From Macrostomum lignano (taxonomy: Eukaryota), in assembly GCA_002269645.1 (NCBI GenBank), contig NIVC01000260.1:372001-436000 (forward strand): 64,000 nt of DNA, written 5' to 3'. This document shows, in pieces, positions 55,951 through 64,000 of the stretch. The notes under the pieces are model-generated. The model searched no databases and was not told the DNA's origin. It was given only the letters and a program-made list of their open reading frames with translations. The translations under genes and the position numbers were made by a program. Position 1 is the stretch's first letter, and each line of letters starts with the position of its first letter.

Positions 55951-56786
55951 AATCAAAAATTAAATGCAGCTATAATGCTGTGCTGGGGAGAAAAACTGAG
56001 ACGTAAAGGCTCTCAGAGAATAACTGCTGAGATTACGGGGGGGGTTTCTGAGATGTCAAAGCAAAAGTCAGAAGCTACTTCAAAGTTCATGTACTTTACT
56101 CAATTTTTTTATTGCATTCTTTGTTGGCTCGCCACGGGAGGCGCTTATAGAAGAAGAGTCATGTAAAAAATAAAAGTAGCACTACGAGCGTATGTACGAG
56201 CTATACATAAAAGAAAAGTCATGTTCAAGTTAAAAGATTCATTTGGGAATTGCTACGATGTCAAAGCTTGGTGGAAATCGTTATAGTGCTGTGATTCTTA
56301 AAGAAGGAATCACTAAAATGTCAAGGCTTAGGGGAGAAGAATTGCTGAGATTTCAAGGCTTTAGGTTGGGTTAAAGTTAGGTTTAGGTCAGGTGTGGGTT
56401 GAGGGTTATATTTTATCGGGTTTCAAGGTTAACAGAATAACAGGGGATTTTTTAGATTTCAAGGTTTATGGAGGCCATCGCTGACATGTTAAGGCTTACG
56501 GGGGGAATAGCTGAGATGTCAAGGCTCACGGGGTATAAATGAGATTTCAAGGCTAAAGTCAGAAGCTACATGTAGTTTATTGAAAACTTTTTATTACATT
56601 ATTTGATGCCTCCTCAGGGGAGGGATCGCTGATAAAAAAAGCGTAATGTAAAAAATAAAAGAAGCTTCATGTCGAAGTTAAGAGATTCATTTGGGAATCC
56701 CTACGATGTCGAGGCTTGCAGGAAATCGCTATAATTCTGTAGTAGTGCTATAGTGACTCTTAGAGAGAATTACTGAAATTTCAATG

Positions 56787-56848
56787 TTAGGTTAGGGTTA
56801 GGGTTAGGGTTAGGGCTAGGGTTAGGGTTAGGGTTAGGCTAGGGTTAG
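56787..56848 (+). repeat. Interstitial telomere-type (TTAGGG)n tract
   Basis: About 10 units including CTAGGG variants; a degenerate counterpart lies at about 56360-56405. Confidence 0.9.
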
Positions 56849-57545
56849 AAGGTTGACAGATATTTTTAGATTTCCAAGGCTTATTGGGGGCATTGCTGAG
56901 ATGTCAAGGGGGGAAGTTGATATGTCAAAGCTTGTGGGGGGGAATTACTGACATGTCAAGGCTTACAAGGTTTGACAGGAGATTTTTTAAGATTTCAAGG
57001 ATACATGTAGCTTATTAAAAAAACGTGTATTGCATTTATTTGGCTCCCCAACGGGGGGCGTAGATTGCTAGTCCTATATACTAAAAATGAGTTGTCTGTA
57101 TATGGGTATGCGATTGATTTCAGAAAAATTGGCTCAACCGATTTTCTTCAAACTTGCACCATTCGATCAGAAATTTTCCTGGGACGGTACATGCATCTTG
57201 GCTAAGAAATTGCTCAATTTTAAAGGGATTAATTATTCGAAAAACATGCTTTTTTGCAAAGGTCAAGCAGCTCTTTCGACCTGAAATGCATTGTAAAAAT
57301 GCTAGAGAAAAAACTGACTGACTGCATTTCAATTCTGATAAAGATTGCATCACAAAAAGATGAAAACAGTGTCGAAAAAATGCACACAAGACTTGATTGT
57401 AATTGCGTAACCATATTGCTAACTTGAATTGAGACTGATACTGGCTGACTGAGAAATTGATTATGTCATAACTTTTTACTCTAACCGATTTGCTATAAGA
57501 ATTTAATTATAAGGGCCACAATTCAAGTTCTCCAATTGAAAAGAG

Positions 57546-57623
57546 ATAGCCAAGATGCGAACAGACTGGACTGCAAATGTAGCGACCTGGGTTCGAATCT
57601 TAGTAGTGCAAAGAAATTTTTTT
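57546..57623 (+). ncRNA. Degenerate tRNA-like (Cys-like GCA loop) Pol III element, probably a pseudo-tRNA or SINE head
   Basis: TAGCCAAGATGCG...GGACTGCAAAT...CCTGGGTTCGAATCT, followed by a T7 run. The acceptor stem does not pair well by eye. Confidence 0.45.
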
Positions 57624-57649
57624 ATTAAAACACTTAAAAAAACACCAAA

Positions 57650-60600
57650 TGCTAAACATAAAAACGCGCAATGCCAAACACAGAAGAGCCACCATGTTGA
57701 ACATTAAATTAAGAGCCACAATGTCGAACATTAAAGAGCCACCATGTTTAACATTAAAGAGCCACCATGTCACACATAAAAGAGCCACCATGTCAAACAT
57801 AAAACAGCCACCATTTCGAAAATTAAAGAGCCACCATGTTAAACATTAAAGGGCCACCTTGTCGAATATTAAAGAGCCACCATTTCAAACCTAAAAGAGC
57901 GACCATGTCGAACATAAAAGAGCCACCATGTCAAACATAAAAGAGCAACCATGTCAAACATAAAAAGCCACCATGTCAAACATAAAAGAGCCAACATGAA
58001 GAACATTAAAGAGCCACCATGTCGACCATTAAAAGAGCCACCATGTCCAACATACAAGAGCCACCATGTCGAACATAGAAAAGCCACCATGTCAAACATT
58101 AAAGAGCCACAATGTTAAACATTAAAGAGCCACCATTTTAAACCTAAAGAAGCCACCATGTCGAACATAAAAGAGCCACCATATCGAACATAAAAGAGTC
58201 ACCATGTTAAAAATTAAAGAGCCACCATGTCAAACATAAAACAGCCACCATTTCAAAAATTAAAGAGCCACCATGTCAAACATTAAAGAGCCACCATGTC
58301 AAACAAAAAGAGCCACCATGTCAAACATAAAAGAGCCACCATGTCAAACAAATATGTGACTCTATGTCAAACAGTTAAGAGCCACCATGTCGAACATAAA
58401 AGAACCACAATGTCGAACATAAAAGAGCCACCATGTCAAACATTAAAGAGCCACAATGTCAAACATTAAAGAGCCACCATGTGGAACATTAAAGAAACAC
58501 CATGTCAAACATTAAAGAGCCACCATGTCGAACATTAAAGAGCCACCATGTCCAACATATATGTGACTCCATGTCAAACATTAAAGAGCCACCATGTCAA
58601 ACATAAAAGGACCACCATGTCGAACATTAAAGAGGCACCATGTCGAACATTAAAAAGCCACCATGTCTAACATTATAGAGCCACCATGTCGAACATTAAA
58701 GAGCAACCATGTCCAACATAAAAGAGCCACCATTTTGAACATTAAAGAGCCACCATGTCGAACAATAAAGAGCCACCATGTCAAACATAAAAGAGCCACC
58801 ATGTCGAACATAAAAGAGCCACCATGTCGAACATAAAAGAACCACAATGTCGAACATAAAAGAGCCACCATGTCAAACATTAAAGAGCCACAATGTCAAA
58901 CATTAAAGAGCCACCATGTCAAACATAAAACAGCCACCATGTCAAACATAAAAGAGCCACCATGTCAAACATATATGTGACTCCATGTCAAACAGTAAAG
59001 AGCCACCATGTCAAGCATAAAAGAGCCACCATGTCGAACATTAAAGAGCCACCATGTCAAACATTAAAGAGCCGCAATGTAAAACATTAAAGAGCCATCA
59101 TGTCTAACATTAAAGAGCCACCATGTCGAACATTAAAGAGCCACTATGTCTAACATTAAAGAGCCACCATGTCGAACATTAAAGAGCCACCATGTCTAAC
59201 ATTAAAGAGCCACCATGTCGAACATTAAAGAGCCACCATGTCGAACATTAAAGAGCCACCATGTCTAACATTAAAGAGCCACCATGTAAAACATAAAAAG
59301 CCACCATGTCAAACATAAAAGAGCCACCATGTCAAACATATACGTGACTCCATGTCAAACATAAAAGAGCCATCATGTCAAACATATACGTGACTCCATG
59401 TCAAACATAAAAGAGCCACCATGTCAAACATTAAAGAGCCACCATGTCGAACATTAAAGAGCCACCATGTCTAACATAAAACAGCCACCATGTCAAAAAT
59501 AAAAGAGCCACCACGTCAAACATATATGACTCCATGTCAAACAGTAAAGAGCCACCATGTCAAGCATAAAAGAGCCACCATGTCAAACATTAAAGAGCCA
59601 TCATGTCAAACATTAAAGAGCCACCATGTCTAACATTAAAGAGCCACCATGTCGAACAATAACGAGTCACCATGTCAAGTATATTCGTGACTCCATGTCA
59701 AACATAAAAGAGCTACCATGAAGAACATTAAAGAGCCACCACGTAAGACATTAAAGAGCCACCATGTCAAACATAAAAGAGCCACCATGTCAAACATATA
59801 CGTGACTCCATGTCAAACATAAAAGAGCCATCATGTCAAACATAAAAGAGCCACCATGTCAAACATAAAAGAGCCACCATGTCGAACATTAAGGAGCCAC
59901 CATGTCGAACATTAAAGAGCCACCATGTCGAACATTAATGAGCCACGATGTCGAACATTAAAAAGCCATCATGTCTAACATTAAAGAGCCACCATGTCAA
60001 ACATTAAAGAGCCACCATGTCTAACATTAAAGAGCCACCATGTCAAACATAAAAGAGCCACTATGTGAAACAATAAACAGACACCATGTCAGACATTAAA
60101 AAACCCCGAATCAAACATAAGAGAGCCACCATGTAGAACATAAAAGAGCCACCATGTCAAACATTAAAGAGCCACCATGTCAAACATAAAATTTACACAA
60201 TTTCAAGCGTAAAAGTAAGCGTCATGCTAATTTTAAAGGAGCCACTATAGCTAAGGAAATTGTAGCACTAGCTACTTATTGTATGGTGGATGCTTACTAT
60301 TTGGGGATGCTTGCTATCCGGGGGATGCTTGCTATCCGGGAGGGGGATGCTTGCAATCTGGGGGATGCTTGCTATCTGGGGGATGCTTGCAATCTGGGGG
60401 GTGCTTGCTATCTGGGGGATGCTTGCAATCTGGGGGATGCTTGCTATCTGGGGGATGCTTGCAATCTGGGGGATGCTTGCTATCTGGGGGATGATTTCTT
60501 TTTGCATTACACTTTTTTGAGCAGTTTGTCTGTCGTCTTTGTGAAGGCTTTATTTGGCTGTCTTTTTGTTACTTGTAGAGAACAGAGATTCTATGTCATG

Positions 60601-63600
60601 TCAAACATATACGTGACTACATGTCAAACATAAAAGAGCCACCATGTCAAACATATACATGACTACATGTCAAACATAAAAGAGTTACCATTAAGAACAT
60701 TAAAGAGCCACCTTTTCAAACCTAAAAGAGCCACCATGTTGAACATTAAAGAGCCACCATGTCGAACATTAAAGAGCCACCATGTCGAACATAAAAGAGC
60801 CACCATATCAAACATAAAAGAGTTACTATGTTCAACATTAAAGAGCCACCATGTCAAACATTAAAGAGCCACAATGTCAAACATTAAAGAGCCACCATTT
60901 CAAACCTAAAAGAGCCACCATGTCAAACATTAAAAAGCCACCATGTCCAACATTAAAGAGCGACAATGTCAAACATTAAAGAGCGACAATGTCAAACATT
61001 AAAGAGCCACCATGTCAAATATTAAAGAGCCACCATGTCGAACATTAAAGAGCCACCATGTCAAACATAAAACAGACACCATTAAGAACATTAAAGAGCC
61101 ACCATGTCGAACATTAAAGAGCCACCATGTCAAACATAAAACAGCCAACATTTCGAAAATTAAAGAGCCACTATGTCAAACATTAAAGAGCCACCATGTC
61201 GAACATTAAAGAGCCACCATGTCAAACATAAAACAGATACCATTTCGAAAATGAAAGAGCCACCATTTATCAAACATTAAAGAGCCACCTTGTCAAATAT
61301 TAAAGAGCCACCATTTCAAACCTAAAAGAGCCACCGAGTCAAACATTAAAGAGCCACCACGTCGAACATAAAAGAGCCACCATGTCGAACATTAAAGAGC
61401 CACCATGTCGAACATTAAAGAGCCACCATGTCGAACATAAAAGAGCCACCATATCAAACATAAAAGAGTTACCATGTCAAACATTAAAGAGCCACCATGT
61501 CAAACATTAAAGAGCCACAATGTCAAACATTAAAGAGCCACCATTTCAAACCTAAAAGAGCCACCATGTCAAACATTAAAAAGCCACCATGTCCAACATT
61601 AAAGAGCGACAATGTCAAACATTAAAGAGCGACAATGTCAAACATTAAAGAGACACCATTTCAAACCTAAAAGAGCCACCATGTCAAATATTAAAGAGCC
61701 ACCATGTCAAACATTAAAGAGCCACCATGTCAAACATAAAACAGACACCATTAAGAACATTAAAGAGCCACCATGTCGAACATTAAAGAGCCACCATGTC
61801 AAACATAAAACAGCCAACATTTCGAAAATTAAAGAGCCACCATGTCAAAACATTAAAGAGCCACCATGTCGAACATTAAAGAGCCACCATGTCAAACATA
61901 AAACAGACACCATTAAGAACATTAAAGAGCCACCATGTCAAACATAAAACAGAGCCACCATTTCGAAAATTAAAGAGCCACTATGTCAAACATTAAAGAG
62001 CCACCATGTCGAACATTAAAGAGCCACCATGTCAAACATAAAACAGATACCATTTCGAAAATGAAAGAGCCACCATTTATCAAACATTAAAGAGCCACCT
62101 TGTCAAATATTAAAGAGCCACCATTTCAAACCTAAAAGAGCCACCATGTCAAACATTAAAGAGCCACCATGTCGAACATAAAAGAGCCGCCATGTAGAAC
62201 ATAAAAGAGTCACCATGTCAAACCTAAAAGAGCCACCATGTAAAACATTAAAGAGCCACCATGTCGAACATAAAAGAGGTACCATGTCAAACATTAAAGA
62301 CCCACCAGGTCAAACATGAAAGTGCCACCATATCAAATATTAAAAAACCACCATGTCAAACATTAAAGAGCCACCAGGTCAAACATGAAAGTGCCACCAT
62401 GTAAAACATAAAAGAGCCACCATGTCAAACATTAAAGAGCCACCAGGTCAAACATATACATGACTCCATTTCAAACATTAAAGAGCCACCATGTCGAACA
62501 TAAAAGGGCCACCATGTCAAATATTAAAGAGCCACCATGTCAAACATTAAAGAGCCACCAGGTCAAACATGAAAGTGCCACCATGTAAAACATTAAAGAG
62601 CCACCATGTCGAACATTTAAGAACCACCATGTCATACATAAAATAGCCACCATGTGAAACATATACGTGACTCCATGTAAAACATTAAAGAGCTACCATA
62701 TCAGACATATACATGACTCCATGTCAAACATATACGTGACTCCATGTTAGACATTAAAGAGCCACCATGTCGAACATTAAAGAGCCACCATGTCGAACAT
62801 TAAAGAGCCAACATGTTAAAAATACAAGAGCCACCATGTCAAACATATACATGACTCCATGTCAAACATTGAAGAGACACCATGTCGAACATAAAAGAGC
62901 CACCATGCAAAACATAAAAGAGCCACCATGTCGAACATTAAAGAGCCACCATGTCAAACATAAAACAGCCAACATTTCGAAAATTAAAGAGCCACCATGT
63001 CAAACAATAAAGAGCCACCATGTCAAACATTAAAGAGCCACCATGTCAAACATAAAACAGACACCATGTCGAACATTAAAGAGCCACCATGTCAAACATA
63101 AAACAGCCAACATTTCGAAAATTAAAGAGCCACCATTTATCAAACATTAAAGAGCCACCTTGTCAAATATTAAAGAGCCACCATTTTAAACCTAAAAGAG
63201 CCACCATGTCAAACATTAAAGAGCCACCATTTCAAACCTAAAAGAGCCACCATGTCAAACATTAAAGAGCCACCATGTCGAACATAAAAGAGCCACCATG
63301 TAGAACATAAAGGAGTCACCATGTCAAACATTAAAGAGCCACCATGTAAAACATTAAAGAGCCACCATGTCGAACATAAAAGAGCCACCATGTAGAACAT
63401 AAAAGAGGTACCATGTCAAACATTAAAGACCCACCAGGTCAAACATGAAAGTGCCACCATGTCAAATATTAAAAAGCCACCATGTCAAACATTAAAGAGC
63501 CACCAGGTCAAACATGAAAGTGCCACCATGTAAAACATTAAAGAGCCACCATGTTAAACATTAAAAAGCCACTTTGTCAAACATAGAAGAGCCCCCATGT

Positions 63601-63780
63601 CAAACATAGAAGAGCCACCATGTCAGACATTGAAAAGCCACCGTATCAAACATAAAAGAGTTACCATGTACGAGCGTAGAACAAAAAGAGCCACAATGTA
63701 TAACATAAAAGAGCCACAATGTATAACATAAAAGAGCCACAATGTATAACATAAAAGAGCCACCCTGTTAAACATAAAAG
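57650..63780. repeat. 21-22 bp satellite B (TAAAGAGCCACCATGTCAAACAT) with an interrupting spacer at 60190-60590
   Basis: About 6 kb of degenerate units; source of the NIKEPPC and MFDMVALL ORFs. Confidence 0.97.
60290..60490. repeat. 18-bp repeat GGGGGATGCTTGCTATCT; recurs at 63870-64000
   Basis: Both occurrences follow the same unique spacer (TACACAATTTCAA...GCACTAGCTACTTATTGT). Confidence 0.93.
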
Positions 63781-64000
63781 ATACACAATTTCAAACGTAA
63801 AAGTAAGCGAATTTTAAAGGAGCCGCTATAATGCTAAGGAAATTGTCGCACTAGCTACTTATTGTCTGGTGGATGCTTGCTATTTGGGGATGCTATCTAT
63901 CTTGGGGATGCTTACTATCTTGGGGATGCTTGCTATCTGGGGGATGCTTGCTATCTTGGGGATGCTTGCTATCTGGGGGATGCTTGCTATCTGAGGGATG

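Noticed and set aside
56787-56848. A true chromosome end
   Set aside because: Only about 10 units with variants, and more than 7 kb of further sequence follows.

Overview
Eukaryotic (metazoan invertebrate) genomic DNA, not prokaryotic. It has GC-rich, polyQ-prone exons, AT-rich spacers and large mini/microsatellites inside many introns. This style, with TTAGGG repeats, suggests a free-living flatworm such as Macrostomum (inference only). In order, the window holds: the last two exons of a cholinesterase-like gene with a probable GPI-signal tail (+, 788-1638); a compact group I PAK kinase with a degenerate CRIB and no visible start codon (-, 4766-8859); an intronless C-type lectin plus PAN/apple-like gene with one in-frame TGA (-, 11183-12007); a 28-kb still life (sif)/TIAM-type Rac GEF (+, 18081-46284; myristoylation-WH1-PH-CC-Ex-RBD-PDZ-DH-PH) whose splice phases I traced by hand; a full-length but triply disabled Ty3/Gypsy (Mag-like) LTR retrotransposon in sif intron 1 (19744-24280); an SLC5 sodium:solute symporter (+, 47641-51933); a second, damaged lectin paralog (+, 53292-53990); and a final 10-kb composite satellite domain. 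That domain is built from modules headed by a tRNA-like Pol III unit and contains a short TTAGGG tract and a 3.6-kb higher-order period. A tRNA-derived SINE family occurs three times. Most long ORFs in the supplied track are repeat artefacts. The most interesting leads are the complementary (TATC)n/(GATA)n arrays bracketing sif exons, the Pol III-headed satellite modules, the TGA-interrupted lectin pair, the ATG-less PAK with an altered CRIB (possible spliced-leader AUG), and an intronic array of U1-5'-end mimics. No homology searches or folding were run; family assignments rest on recognised motifs.
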